From Mobula hypostoma (taxonomy: Eukaryota), in assembly GCF_963921235.1 (NCBI RefSeq), contig NC_086097.1, forward strand, positions 240,314,001 through 240,378,000: a stretch of DNA of 64,000 nt. Reading direction: 5' to 3'. Made by a program: the position numbers and the translations under genes. How positions within the stretch are numbered: position 1 is the first letter of the stretch; every line of letters starts with the position of its first letter. Of the stretch, positions 25,106 through 37,729 are shown piece by piece. The notes under the pieces were generated by a model that saw only the letters and a program-made list of their open reading frames with translations, had not been told where the DNA came from and did not search any database.

Positions 25106-25486
25106 TTATACACGCCGGTATTTCTGTATTTATGCACATTTTATTCCATATCTGTGCTTCAACCTCCAGCTTTATTTTTTATGTAATTCTTCATTCTTTA
25201 TAATTGTAGAATGTTGATTTTGTTGCATGTCATGCCAACACATCACAACAAATTTCTTAACTTTCATGAAGTTTATTTGCCAAAGACACTTACATGAATT
25301 TCTAATACATGTAAATGTAACTGGCAAATAAATTTCATAAAAATTTACTCTAAAACCAATCCGGTTGCAGGAAGCAAAGGGATGTGGGGAGTGGAAAATT
25401 GCCTGTGGCAATATACCAGATGGTTCAGCAGCAGTTCCCTAAAGTCTCATGGGAAATAAAAATGAAATAAATGTAAAAATGTCTGA

Positions 25487-26130
25487 GGAGGAGGAGAAGA
25501 TGGCAGTGCGACCCAGCCTGCGCAGCCACTCTGGTGAATGATATCTGTTATGTGTCAAGTAGGGGACTGCGCACAATTCTGATTTGATGGAGATAAACGT
25601 ACGGAGGAACATCTGGAGAAACTTCTGAAATGCCCGCTTCGCTGCTGCTGCTGCTGTGTGGTCCGGACTCTCCGGAGGGGAAGGCCCCGAGTCCTTGGCT
25701 TTGTTTGTTTCGGCTGCTGGGGCGAGGTCGAAGGCGCTCGGCAGAAGATGGCGCTAGGGAGGCTGTATCGGAGGGGCTGGTCGGAGGTTCAAAGTTCTCG
25801 GATGGACGGACTCAGATGCGGCTGTGGTCGGGTGTTTCCAATGCCTCGGCAGTTGTCGGTGCCTGGAGGTTTATGGCAGGGAGTTTCTCCCTTTTGCTGC
25901 CTGCTATCAAGGACTATCGGGAGTCGATCAGGACTTTGAGACTTTTTTTACCGTGCCCATGGTCTGCTCTTTATCAAATTATGGTATTGCTTTGCACTGC
26001 TGTAACTATATGTTATAATTATGTGGTCTTGTCAGTGTTAGTCTTTCGTTTGTCCTGTTTTTCTGTGATATAACTCTGGAGAAACATTGTATCATTTCTT
26101 ATGCATTTCTAATCTAATCTAATCTAATCT
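25487..26130 (+). mobile_element. Non-autonomous CpG-rich retroelement with LINE-like 5' head and (CTAAT)n tail
   Basis: Starts ggaggagaagatggc (YY1-like AAGATGGC, again at 25745); CpG-rich body; ends taatctaatctaatctaatct. Confidence 0.55.
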
Positions 26131-26574
26131 AAACCAAGTTTAAGAAATCTGCAGATGAACAAAAACTGATAATATTAAATTTGAGGAAGGAAGCTGTTGA
26201 TTGAAGGAATATATTAATGAGCTGGTGAGGTGGATAGATGAGTAGCACATGGAAATCACCATGTATTAGGTATTGCATCATGGGAGGATAAACACCAGCG
26301 AGTAGACCACCGATAGAGTGGCAGGGCATTCATTAAGTCTTTATTAATTTAATATTTTCTTGAATGAGCACTCAAAAAGTTGGAGGCTACAATGCCAAGG
26401 GCCAAAAAATACAAAGTGGTATAATTCCTCCTGAAATGGTCTGAAGACGTTGGACAAAATATTTTCCTACATTACTGATGATTTTTAAGATTTGTACGTC
26501 CATGATTGCTGGAAATGTGTACCATGACAAAGCAGATGTATTCGTATGCATGTTAAGGTGATAGTTGGCAATAA

Positions 26575-28376
26575 ACAACAGGAATTCTGCAGATACTGGA
26601 AATTCAAGCAACACACATCAAAGTTGCTGGTGAACGCATCAGGCCAGGCATCATCTCTAGGAGGAGGTACAGTCGACGTTTCAGGCCAAGACCCTTCGTC
26701 AGGACTAACTGAAGGAAGAGTTAGTAAGAGATTTGAAAGTGGGAGGGGGAGGGGGAGGGGGAGGGGGAGATCCAAAATGATAGGAGAAGACAGGAGGGGG
26801 AGGGATGGAGCCAAGAGCTGGACGGGTGATTGGCAAAAGGGATATGAGAGGATCATGGGACAGGAAGTCCGGGAAGAAAGACAAGGGGGGGGGGACCCAG
26901 AGGATGGGCAAGGGGTATAGTCAGAGGGACAGAGGGAGAAAAAGGAGAGTGAAAGAAAGAATGTGTGTATATAAATAAATAATGGATGGGGTACGAGGGG
27001 AGGTGGGGCATTAGCAGAAGTTAGAAAAGTCGATGTTCATGCCATCAGGTTGGAGGCTACCCAAGCAGAATATAAGGTGTTGTTCCTCCAACCTGAGTGT
27101 GGTTTCACCTTTACAGTAGAGGAGGCCGTGGATAGACATGTCAGAATGGGAATGGGGTGTGGAATTAAAATGTGTGGCCACTGGGAGATCCTGCTTTCTC
27201 TGGCGGACAGAGTGTAGGTGATCAGCAAAGCGGTCTCCCGGTCTGCGTCGGGTCTCACCAATATATAAAAGGCCACATCGGGAGCACCGGACGCAGTATA
27301 TCACCCCAGTCGACTCACAGGTGAAGTGTCGCCTCACCTGGAAGGACTGTCTGGGGCCCTGAATGGTGGTAAGGGAGGAAATGTAAGGGGATGTGTAGCA
27401 CTTGTTCCGCTTACAAGGATAAGTGCCAGGAGGGAGATCAGTGGGGAGGGATGGGGGAGACGAATGGACAAGGGAGTCACGTAGGGAGCGATCCTTGTGG
27501 AAAGCAGAGAGAGAGGGGGAGGGAAAGATGTGCTTAGTGGTGGGATCCCGTTGGAGGTGGCGGAAGTTACGGAGAATAATATGTTGGACCTGGAGGCTGG
27601 TGAGGTGGTAGGTGAGGACCAGGGGAACCCTATTCCTAGTGGGGTGGTGGGAGGATGGAGTGAGAGCAGATGTGCGTGAAATGGGGGAGATGCGTTTGAG
27701 AGCAGAGTTGATAGTGGAGGAAGGGAAGCCCCCTTCTTTGAAAAAGGAGGACATCTCCCTCGTCCTGGAATGAAAAGCCTCATCCTGATGCAGCGGAGAT
27801 GGAGGAATTGCGAGAAGGGGATGGCATTTTTGCAAGAGACAGGGTGAGAAGAGGAATAGTCCAGATAGCTGTGAGAGTCAGTAGGCTTATAGTAGACATC
27901 AGTGGATAAGCTGTCTCCAGAGACAGAGACAGAAAGATCTAGAAAGGGGAGGGCGGTGTCAGAAATGGACCAGGTAAACTTGAGGGCAAGGTGAAAATTG
28001 GAGGCAAAGTTAATAAAGTCAACGAGCTCAGCATGCGTGCAGGAAGCAGCGCCAATGCAGTCGTCGATGTAGTGAAGGAAAAGTGGGGGACAGATACCAG
28101 AATAGTCACGGAACATAGATTGTTCCACAAAGCCAACAAATCGGCAGGCATAGCTAGGACCCATACGGGTGCCCGTAGCTACACCTTTAGTTTGGAGAAA
28201 GTGGGAGGAGCCAAAGGAGAAATTATTAAGAGTAAGGATTAATTCCGCTCGACGGAGCAGAGTGGTGGTAGAAGGGAACTGGTTAGGTCTGGAATCCAAA
28301 AAGAAGCGGAGAGCTTTGAGACCGTCCTGATGGGGGATGGAAGTATATAGGGACTGGACATCCATGGTGAAAATAA
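26575..28376 (-). mobile_element. 5'-truncated Penelope-like element (RT + GIY-YIG + terminal repeat)
   Basis: RT motifs MDVQSLYTSIP, QTKGVATGTRMGPSYA, YIDD (27334-28365), frameshift near 27790, GIY-YIG in ORF 27011-27835; 13-bp TSD TAGTTGGCAATAA (26562-26574, 28385-28397). Confidence 0.95.
26671..26706 (-). ncRNA. Minimal hammerhead ribozyme motif in Penelope terminal repeat
   Basis: Reverse complement reads agtc-CTGACGA-agggtcttggcct-GAAA-cg-TC-gact. Confidence 0.75.
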
Positions 28377-28559
28377 TACTATATTAGTTGGCAATAATAC
28401 TAGGTCATGCCATGCTGCAAAAAAAATCACAGAGCAGAATGAGGCACTGTCGCATAGCAGTTAGAATAATACAATTACAGTGTCAGTAATCACTGATAAA
28501 GGCTCAATTCCTGCCACTATAGGGACCTTTATGCTCATGAATGTGACTTCAGGAAGAGG

Positions 28560-29120
28560 AAGGCACTGGAACACACACCAGTCCTCACCGAGGGATCAGC
28601 AGTGGAAAGAGCAAGCAGTTTCAAGTTCCCGGGTGTCAACATCTCTGAAGGTCTAACCTGGACCCAGCATATTGGATCTAATTACAAAGAAGGCACAACA
28701 GCAGCTATACTTCATTAGGAATTTATATGTCATCAAAGGCTTTAGCAAATTTCTACAGATGTACCCTGGAGAACCTTCTAACTAGTTGCAACATTGTTTG
28801 CTCTGGAGGAGCCACTGCACAGGATCAGAAAAAGCTGCAGAAAGTTGCAAACTCAGCCAACTCCATTATGGGCAATCGCCTCCCCAACATGGAGAACATC
28901 TTCAAAAGGTGATGTCTCAAAACATGGACACCCGTCACCCAAGGCATGCCCTGTTCTCATTGCTAAAATCAAGGGGGAGGTATAGGAGCCTGAAAATGCA
29001 CACCCAGTGTTTTAGGAACAGCTTCCTCCCCTCTAATATCAGTTAAGTTATGTGAATAGACCAATGAACACCACCTTGCCATTTTTGTCTCTTTTTGCTC
29101 TACCTAGTTAATTTAACATA
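28560..29120 (+). mobile_element. Degraded Rex1/Babar RT C-terminus
   Basis: LANFYRCTLENLLTSC..QDQKKLQKVANSANSIMG; HPRHALFSLL..GRYRSLK. Confidence 0.8.
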
Positions 29121-29579
29121 TATATTATATGGATTCTGATCCTGGATTTCCTCTGGGTGCTTTGGTTTCCTCACACATTCCAAAGACCTGAGATTAGGGA
29201 TGGCGTTATAGTTTTGGGCATGCTATGTCAGTGCCTGAAGCTCGGCGACACTTGCAGGCTGCCCAGCATTCTGTAAACCTCACTAATTTGGCTTGACAAT
29301 GTCAACAGGTTTCACTGTATGTTCTGACTTTTCAATGTACCTGTGACAAATAAATCTTTACAGCCATCAGGTTCCAGGGAGAGTGAAGGCACCTGAGATC
29401 AGGATCATTTTGAGCCAAAAACATGAGATAAGTGGCAATGAATGATCCAGAGGTTTAATGTGGGGACTTGTTGGAAGATTGTGGATTCTAGTTCAAACTA
29501 GAGATGCCACCTCGTTATAATGTCCATAACAATGTTCTCCAGCCTGGCCAGTGCAGGATGAACTAGAACTGCCCCTACA

Positions 29580-29805
29580 ACACATACAAAATGCTGGAAG
29601 AACTCAGTAAGTCAGGCAGCATTTAGGGCCAAGATAGTTGATGGTTTGGGCCAGGGCCATTCATCAGGCCCATAAGGACCCTTCATCAAGTCTTGTCCAA
29701 AAGCATTGTATGTTTCCTCCCCTCCATAGATACAGACTGACTTGCTGAATTCTTCCAACATGTTATGCATGCTGCTCTAGGTTTCCAGCATCTGCAGAAT
29801 CTCTT
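29580..29805. repeat. Degraded inverted pair of Penelope-terminal-repeat-derived units
   Basis: caaaatgctggaagaactcag.. followed by its diverged reverse complement ..ctgaattcttccaacatg. Confidence 0.65.
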
Positions 29806-29881
29806 GCACTTATGTTGTTCTGTCCCTGTTCCCTCCTGCTCTCTTAAGATGGATCAGACCTCTTCGGGGCAGCACAGTAGC

Positions 29882-30187
29882 ATGAAGGCATCTGTTAGTC
29901 TTGCGAGAACATGGATCTGCGCCTGGAAAGTCTTCACTCTCCAGGGCGCAGGCCTGGGCAAGGTTGTATGGAAGACCAGCAGTTGCCCATGCTGCAAGTC
30001 TCCCCTCTCCATGACACCAATGTTGTCCAAGGGAAGGACATTAGGACCCATACAGCTTGGCACCAGTGTCATCGCAGAGCAATGTGTGATTAAGTGCCTT
30101 GTTCAAGGACACAACACGTTGCCTCGGTTGGGGCTCGAACTCACGACCTTCAGGTCGCTAGTCCAATGTCTTAACCACTTGCCCATA
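29882..30187 (-). mobile_element. tRNA-derived CORE-type SINE with RTE-like tail, inserted in a V-SINE
   Basis: Minus strand: A box caagtggttaag, B box gagttcgagcc, CORE-like gtgtccttgaacaaggcacttaatcac; 9-bp TSD CACAGTAGC (29873-29881, 30188-30196). Confidence 0.8.
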
Positions 30188-30394
30188 CACAGTAGCGTAG
30201 CAGCTAACATAACATTATCACAGTGCCAGCAAACCGGGTTTAATTCCTGTTGCTGCTGTAAGGAGGTTGTACGTTCTCCCTGTGACCACACAGGTTTCCT
30301 CCGGGTGCTCTGGATTCCTCCCACAGTCCAAAGACGTACAGGTTAGTAGGTTAATTGGGCACATGGTGTAATTGAGCCGCTTAGGCTGACTGCA

Positions 30395-30848
30395 GCCTTG
30401 ACTGGAGGGCCTCAGTTATAGGGAGAGGTTAGCTACACTGGATCTTCATTCAATGGAGTGCCGGGGAATGAGGACTGACCTCATAGGAGTTAATAAAATC
30501 CTGAGGGATATAGTTAAGATGGACGGTCTTAGTCTTTTCCCAAGGGTTGGGGAATTCAAAACTAGAAGGCACAGGTACAAGATAAGAGGAGAGAGATTTA
30601 AAAGAGACCTGAGGGGTAACTTCTTTACACAGACAGTAGGGAGTACCTGGAATAAGATGCCAAAGGAAGTGGTCAAGGTGGGTACAATTGCAGTATTTAA
30701 GTAAAATATGGCTGGGTACATGGAGGGGATGGGACTAGAATTGTTATGGGCTGAATGCGGGCAACTGGGACTAGCAAGGAGGTTGCTGTGGTCAGCAGAA
30801 ACCAGTTGGGCCGAACGGCCTATTTCCATGCTGTATTACTCTACGACT
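30395..30848 (+). mobile_element. CR1 3' end
   Basis: KTRRHRYKIRGERFKRDLRGNFFTQTVGSTWNKMP. Confidence 0.8.
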
Positions 30849-31019
30849 TCAGCTCTGTATTCCAATCAGTGTTAAAACTTCAACAGGGTTATTGTCCAGG
30901 GATCGGCAATACAATATTTATTTACAAGTAAACTCTTTCCTCATCTGAGTTTTGATTTCCAGATTTTCATCAGTGAAGTCAAAGTTCAAAGTACATTTAT
31001 TATCAAAGTACATATATGC

Positions 31020-31870
31020 CATTCGTCCCCCCCATCCCTCCCCACTGATCTCCCTCCTGGCACTTATCCGTGTAAGCGGAACAAGTGCTACACATGCCCT
31101 TACACTTCCTCCCTTACCACCATTCAGGGCCCCAGACAGTCCTTCCAGGTGAGGCGACACTTCACCTGTGAGTCGGCTGGGGTGATATACTGCGTCCGGT
31201 GCTCCCGATGTGGCCTTCTATATATTGGTGAGACCCGACGCAGACTGGGAGATCATTTTGCTGAACATCTACACTCTGTCCGCCAGAGAAAGCAGGATCT
31301 CCCAGTGGCCACACATTTTAATTCCACATCCCATTCCCATTCTGATATGTCTATCCATGGCCTCCTCTACTGTAAAGATGAAGCCACACTCAGGTTGGAG
31401 GAACAACACCTTATATTCCGTCTGGGTAGCCTCCAACCTGATGGCATGAACATTGACTTCTCTAACTTCTGCTAATGCCCCACCTCCCCCTCGTACCCCA
31501 TCCGTTATTTATTTATATACACACATTCTTTCTCTCTCTCTCTTTTTTCTCCCTCTGTCCCTCTGACTATACCCCTTGCCCATTTTCTGGGTTTTCCCCC
31601 CTCCCCCTTTTCCTTCTCCCTGGGTCTCCTGTCCCGTGATCCTCTCATATCCCTTTTGCCAATCAACTGTCCAGCTCTTGGCTCCATCCCTCCCCCTCCT
31701 GTCTTCTCCTATCATTTCGGATCTCCCCCTCCCCCTCCCGCTTTCAAATCCTTACTAGCTCTTCCTTCACTTAGTCCAGATGGAGGGTCTCGGCCCGAAA
31801 CGTCGACTGTACCTCTTCCTAGAGATGCTTCCTGGCCTGCTGTGTTCACCAGCAAATTTTTTGTGTGTGG
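31020..31870 (+). mobile_element. 5'-truncated Penelope-like element (GIY-YIG end)
   Basis: ORF 31149-31475 FTCESAGVIYCVRCSRCGLLYIGETRRRLGDHFAEH..LEEQHLIFRLGSLQPDGMNI; hammerhead core mutated (cagatgg). Confidence 0.92.
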
Positions 31871-32209
31871 CTCATGGACCACTGGTTTCCTCCTCCTGAA
31901 GCCAATAATCAGCTCCTTGGTTTTGCTGACATTAAGTAAGATGTTGTTGTTGTGGTAGCACTCAGCCAGATTTTCAATCTCCCTCCTATATTCTGATTCT
32001 TCAACATGTTTTATTTGGCCTATGACAGTGTTGTCATCAGCTAATTTAATATGACACTGGAGCTGCGCTTAGCCACGTAGTCATAAGTGTGCAGCTCCTT
32101 GAACAGCAGTGTACAAAAGACAACTGAAAGTTTGTTACTTTTTCAGCCTAGTTCAGCAATGTAATCTTGGAATTGTGTAGGCCACAGGTTTAAACCACAC
32201 TTGAGGACT

Positions 32210-32440
32210 GGGCAGTATGGTAGCTTAGCGGTTAGAGTAATGCTATTACTGAGCAAACAACAGGGGTTCAATTCCGCTAGTACCTGTAAGGAGGTTTACG
32301 TTCTCCCAGTGACCACATGGGCTCCTTCTAGGTGTTCCGGTTTCCTGCTACATTCCATATATGGGTTAGCAGGTTAATTGGTCACAAGGATGTCATTGAG
32401 CAGGAAGGCCCTGTTACCATGTTGTCTCTCCAAGTAAATA
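32210..32440 (+). mobile_element. V-SINE (HE1-like)
   Basis: ggcagtatggtagcttagcggtta..ggttcaattcc..tgtaaggagg..ccggtttcct. Confidence 0.7.
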
Positions 32441-32699
32441 AATAATTGTTAATTTCATTGTTGTGCTAATAAACTTAGAGATATCAGGTGAGTATAAAAG
32501 GGGCATGCAAATTATATTCCTCTCTATTGTTGATATTGTCCAAAATTTAAGCAATTCCATGTCCAGCTGTTCAGGGGAATCTCAACCTTGCTATCTGAGG
32601 ATTAAACATTCCAGGTAATGTTTATTCCTTCGCCATTATTGACATATTAATTGGTTAATCTTTATTTGATGCCAGTGTCATCAAAAGGACATGGCCACA

Positions 32700-32920
32700 A
32701 TCATCATGAGGAAATGGGCACGTGATGTGAAGAGAGGTTAACTCCATCATCAGGACGGCACTTCATCAGACCCTGAGGGGCGGCAGAAACGCTGGAGACC
32801 AAAGACAACTCGGCCCTGAACCACACCTGAGGTACAATAGAGAAGATGGACAAGGGCAGACAGAGATGGAGGACCTTCATTGCTACCCAAAACACCAGTG
32901 GCATAATGGGAAGTAAGTAT
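32700..32920 (+). mobile_element. RTE LINE 3' end fragment
   Basis: Degenerate GHV.R..PEGR..R.RPKTT..DRQRWRTF coding pattern; aagtaagta tail. Confidence 0.6.
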
Positions 32921-33274
32921 AATTTGATACTGCAATAGTTTATTGTGAGCAAATTAAATGCTATGTGTTTCTGCACACCGAAGATGGTGTAGTTTATGTG
33001 GTACCATACTTTTCACCAGTCTGCTTGGATTTTGATAGAACATTTTTCCAATATATTTACTTAGGAGTTTATTACCTTCAATAAAAGGATTTTTCAATAA
33101 TACTCTGTGTCTATTCGAAGTAAATATATTATCAAAGTACATCTTTTGTACCATTTACTTGACTTGAGATTCATTTGCTTGCAGGCATTAAAGAAAAGAA
33201 ACATATTAGAATTTATGAAAACCTACAAAAACAGGTAACGACTGACAAACAACCAATGTGCAAAAGAAGACAGA

Positions 33275-33630
33275 TTATGAGAGGCATAGATAGAGTGAAC
33301 AGAGCGTCTGTTTCCCGGGGCTGACACGTAAAATACCAGAGGGCATGCGTTAAAAGTGAGAGGGAATAGGTTCAAAGGGGGTGTGAGAGGTAAGTTCTTT
33401 ACTCAGAGAGTCGGGGATGCCTGGAATGCGCTGCCTGGTGGTAGAGGCAAATACATTTGTAGCTTTTGAGAGATGTTTGGATAAGCACATGGGTGTAAAG
33501 AAGATGGAGGGATATAGACTTGATGCAGGTAGGAAGGATTAGTATCTGGAAGTTTTTGATTTGCTTTTTAGCTGGTTCAGTCCATGTTGCGGGCCAAATA
33601 GCCTGTTCCTGTACTATGCTGTACTGTTCA
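33275..33630 (+). mobile_element. CR1 3' end
   Basis: ataccagagggcatgc..aagttctttactcagagag..tggaatgcgctgcctgg. Confidence 0.75.
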
Positions 33631-33893
33631 ACAGATGCTAAGGTGTGTTGGGGGCAGCCAACAAGTGTCGAACGCCCTGAAGATCAGTCTACAGGTCATA
33701 GATTCAGTTCAATGTATGATAACTGAAGTCGTTCCATGTCAGTTCAGGAGTCTGATAGTTGTCCTGCAGTAACAATTCTTGAATTCTTGAGAACTAAAGT
33801 TTCTGTATCTCATGAGAGTAGAGAGAAGAGGGAATGGCCTTGATGATGTGTGTGTGCGGGGAGGGGGGTAGGGTCCTCTGATGACGGATGTGT

Positions 33894-35375
33894 TAGTCCG
33901 TCAGCCAGTAGGGTTGGTCGGTACCATCTGAGGGGAATAATGCTCATAGTGATTTTTGGCAAGGTGTACATCTCCAGAGTTAGGAAATATGTGATAGCAT
34001 TGCACCAGTGGTAGCTTTATGTGAGCTATCAGCATTTTATAACACTACCCTAAAATCAGCATTTCTGAAAAGTGGCCAGTATAAAGTACAACATATATAT
34101 TCAACCTAGTGATATTTTGTCATCAGTGATCCCTCAACATTAAAATTTGTCACAATGATAGCTGCATTCAAGCACTTTTCTTCAAATGTTGTTATAATAT
34201 TCTACATTGAAAACTATGTTGTTGGTGGCACTCACAGTACAGTGCCCAATTTCAGTAGAGTGATTCATTTCATTTTTGGAAAAATATTTGTCTGTTGTTT
34301 ATTTTGGAAAAGTCAATAAAAACCCTAGGACACATATAATCACATGGATTTACAGAGAATTTATTCAGGAATTTAAATAAGTAATCACTTTTTGTATATA
34401 TTCCATATTAACATCAGTACAGCAGAAAATGTTACCCAAAAAGTTAAAAACCTCATTTGGAGAGATTTCTGGAGTTTTATCAATGTCATGATATTTTCCA
34501 TATTGTTGTATCAAATCAAAACAATCTTAAGCTTTTGTCATATCATGTAGAATTACAATAAAATAATTCAAATGTGGGATTCCACAAGGCTATAACCTAG
34601 GCCCCATTTGATTGTAAAACGAATATATTCAATCAAAGTCTGCTTTCCATACTTTGCTTTCCATACTTTCATAACCTATTAATAATCATAATAATTTTCC
34701 ACATCTTCCACATCTTCATCTGAACTTTCCACACTCTCTGAGGTGGACGCCTGGTTCTCACAGTCTGCCAGTCTACACATGTCAGTACACCTGAGGCCAT
34801 TTGCAACACACATACATCTTGGGAGTGAACATTTTTTTGGACAGTTACAGGCCAGTAGATCCAGGATGGCATCGCGTGCTGGCTGGCCTTCCATTCAGTG
34901 CACCACCAACTGTTCAGTTTCCTCTTCTCTCTTCATCTTCCATCCTCTGCCAACAGGGCTTGGTACTTGTGGGTCCTTCTCCATATACCATCCTGGTAGT
35001 TGGCTCGCTGTGCATGTTTTGTTAAGCAGTCCTTGCATGGTGGGAGTTGATGACTTTCGATTTCACCTTTTTTGACACAGAAAAGGTGATACCTGAGCTC
35101 ATTGACCTTGGTGCTCGATGCTTTTGGGGCGTACAGGAGACATGTAAATGCCTCCAGTTTGTCCATCAGTTCTGGGGAGAGATCCCATTCCTGACCCAAC
35201 TCTACGAATGTGTCCTGAGTTTCCATGTTGCTGGTCAGAAGTTTTAGGGCACTTGTCTTCCCTTTGCCTGCAAAAGCGCTTACAGTGTCATATCCTGTAT
35301 ATGTGTGCAACCCAGTGAGAGCCCTACAAACCTCTGTGCCAACAGTGGCAGCAACCTTCCTGATGTCTACAAGCC
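33894..35375 (-). mobile_element. Second, truncated Academ-like copy (one TIR + nuclease/CXC C-terminus)
   Basis: Colinear with 19740-21246; starts tagtccgtcagccagtagggttggtcgg; TGYDTVSAFAGKGK and CNCPKKC..CTDMC..CEN; broken by a Gypsy LTR. Confidence 0.88.
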
Positions 35376-35379
35376 ATCT

Positions 35380-36060
35380 TGTAACTTTGTAACTATAAAA
35401 CATTAAATGAATTCAAAGGAAGACACGGGAGTCCTAACACTGAGTCTGACTTTGTGTTTGCTTTAGGCAAGGCGCACACGTACCATGTGATAGCGTGATG
35501 ATGTATGTAATTCACACATTCATACATATACCCTATAATGAATTATTGAAATGAACAAAAATGCTTAATCAAACTATATATATATATAAAATTACTCAAA
35601 TATTACTGAGGTATTAAATACACCACATTCTGCCTTGCTTAACTATAAACTCCAAATCAATAGGGAGTGCATCTCAGCTATATAAACAGTACACTCTGTA
35701 ATAGCATGGGTCTGAGGAGGGGTCTCGACCCAACATGTCGGCTGTTTACTCTTCTCCATAGATGCTGCCTGACCTGCTGAGTTCCTCCGGTGTTTTGCTT
35801 TGGATTTGCAGCATCTGCGGATTTCTCATGCTTGTGACAAGGGGGATGCTTGGCAGGTGAGACTTGTGGCTGTGAACCAATCTCAGGTTCTGGGACCACC
35901 TCCATAGTGGTTGTGGGAGTTGATTCTGGGACTGCAGGAAGTAGTCCTGACAGCAGCAGCCATCTTCCTTCTCTATCACTGGCCAGGTGGGCTCCGAGCC
36001 TCGAGCTTTCTGAACCAGGTGGACCAGGATTTCTGGATGCAGCTCCAACTACTTGGAGTT
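35380..36060 (-). mobile_element. Gypsy-like LTR retrotransposon remnant (LTR ~35380-35627 + pol 3' end), interrupted by a Penelope-derived unit (~35707-35830)
   Basis: LTR ends ..caccaca next to a minus-strand purine tract; Pro/Glu/Thr-rich post-integrase tail EVVPEPEIGSQPQVSPAK. Confidence 0.6.
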
Positions 36061-36134
36061 CAAACTACTTTGGAATGAAAAGCAATCATTTGATCGCAAA
36101 CAAGAGAAAATCTGCAGATGCTGGACTTATTATC

Positions 36135-36650
36135 ACTCTCAATTCTATTCTGCTTTCTCCCCATAACCTTTGACTCATTGAATAATCAAGAATCTATCAA
36201 CCAACACCCTAAGTATGTTCAATGACCTGGCCTCCACAGCCACCTGTGGCAATGAATTCCACAGTTTCAAAGCTCTCTGGCTGAAGAAATTTCTCCTCAT
36301 CTCCTTTCTAAATGGACGTCCTTCAATTCTGAGTTCCTAAACTCCCCCACTATAGGAACATCCTCCCCATGTCTATTCCATCTAGGTCTTCCAAGATTCA
36401 ATAGGTTTCAATGATATTCCTCCTCATTCATCTAAATTCCAAAGAGTACAGGCCTAGAGAAATCAAACGCTCCTCATATAATAACCCAAATCATTGTCTT
36501 GAACCTCCCCTGAAACCTCTCCAATGTCAGCACATCCCTTCTTAAGTAACGGCCCAAAATTGCTCACGGTACACCAAGTGAGACCTTACCAGTGCCTTAT
36601 AAAGCCTCAGCATTACATCCTTGCTTTTATGTTCTTGTCTTTTGAAATAA
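36135..36650 (-). mobile_element. Degraded CR1 RT C-terminus
   Basis: ggcctccacagccacctgtggcaatgaattccacag..ccttataaagcctcagcattacatccttgc. Confidence 0.8.
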
Positions 36651-37162
36651 GTGACTTAACCTGGGACCAGGGTCACTAGCAAACTCAGGTGCAGAAGCCC
36701 CAGAGTCTTCAGCAATTCAAACAAAGCAAACAATTTATTCCAGAAATTACCAGCAAAACTAACAATAATTGACGTAAACTATCCAGAATCCTGAAGCACT
36801 CACGATACACAGAAGAACTCACCAAGCAAAGAGGGGTTGACATGCCCCCCCTGAAATACACCCTGGTGCATGTAGGAATTCAGGATCAATCAGACAGCCC
36901 TGGAGTCCAGATGAAGCAACAACCCCTAATGCCAACAACTACAATGCAAGACTTTGACAACCCTGTGTTAATTCCATTACCCAAATTGAATAACAGTTAT
37001 AACTACAAAAAGAGTTTAACAATCCCCATGATCCTAAATGAGACAGCTGTAATACAAAGTGGAAACCCAGAGCTTGTCCAAAGAGAAACCATTAGACATA
37101 AAGGTAAACGATCCAAGGAAACAAGAGAAAATCTGAAAATGCTGGAATTCCGAGCAACATAC

Positions 37163-37295
37163 ACAAAATGCTGGAGGAACTCAGCAGGCCAGGCAGCATC
37201 TATGGAAGAATACAGTCGACATTTCGGGCTAAGAATTCAACTATACTCTTTTCCATAGATGCTGCCTGGCCTGCTGAGTTCCTCCAGCATTTTGT
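37163..37295. repeat. Perfect 45-bp inverted repeat made of Penelope terminal-repeat sequence
   Basis: 37163-37207 acaaaatgctggaggaactcagcaggccaggcagcatctatggaa is the exact reverse complement of 37251-37295. Confidence 0.95.
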
Positions 37296-37729
37296 ATGTG
37301 TAGCAATAATTTGAGGCCTACTGGGATAGCAGAAAAATGCAAGCCACGATGAAAGTACGATGAAGTTGGGCCCATCATTTCCATTGAATGTGATAATCAA
37401 GATATGAGTACACAGTAAATATAAATAAACAAAATAGAGCCAGTGAATAACTGCACACAACCAATGTGCCAAAGACAACAAATAGTACAAATACAGAAAA
37501 GAAAAAAAATTAAAATAATAACAATTAAATAAGTTATAAATATTAAGAATGTAACTTATAGAGTCCTTGAGAGTGTGTCCATAGGTTGAGGAATCAGTTC
37601 AGAATTTATATTTCAATTTCAACTAGTATTCTTTGGCAAAGATGACATAGATTTATACAAAGGAAAATCATGAAACATACAATTTTCTTTGATTAGAATC
37701 TTCAAAGATAAATTTATTATCTTTAGGTG

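Noticed and set aside
30110..30187. tRNA gene
   Set aside because: tRNA-like head continues into CORE and tail domains with a TSD; it is a SINE
36652..36959. Possible solo LTR
   Set aside because: LTR-like composition but no TSD and unclear termini
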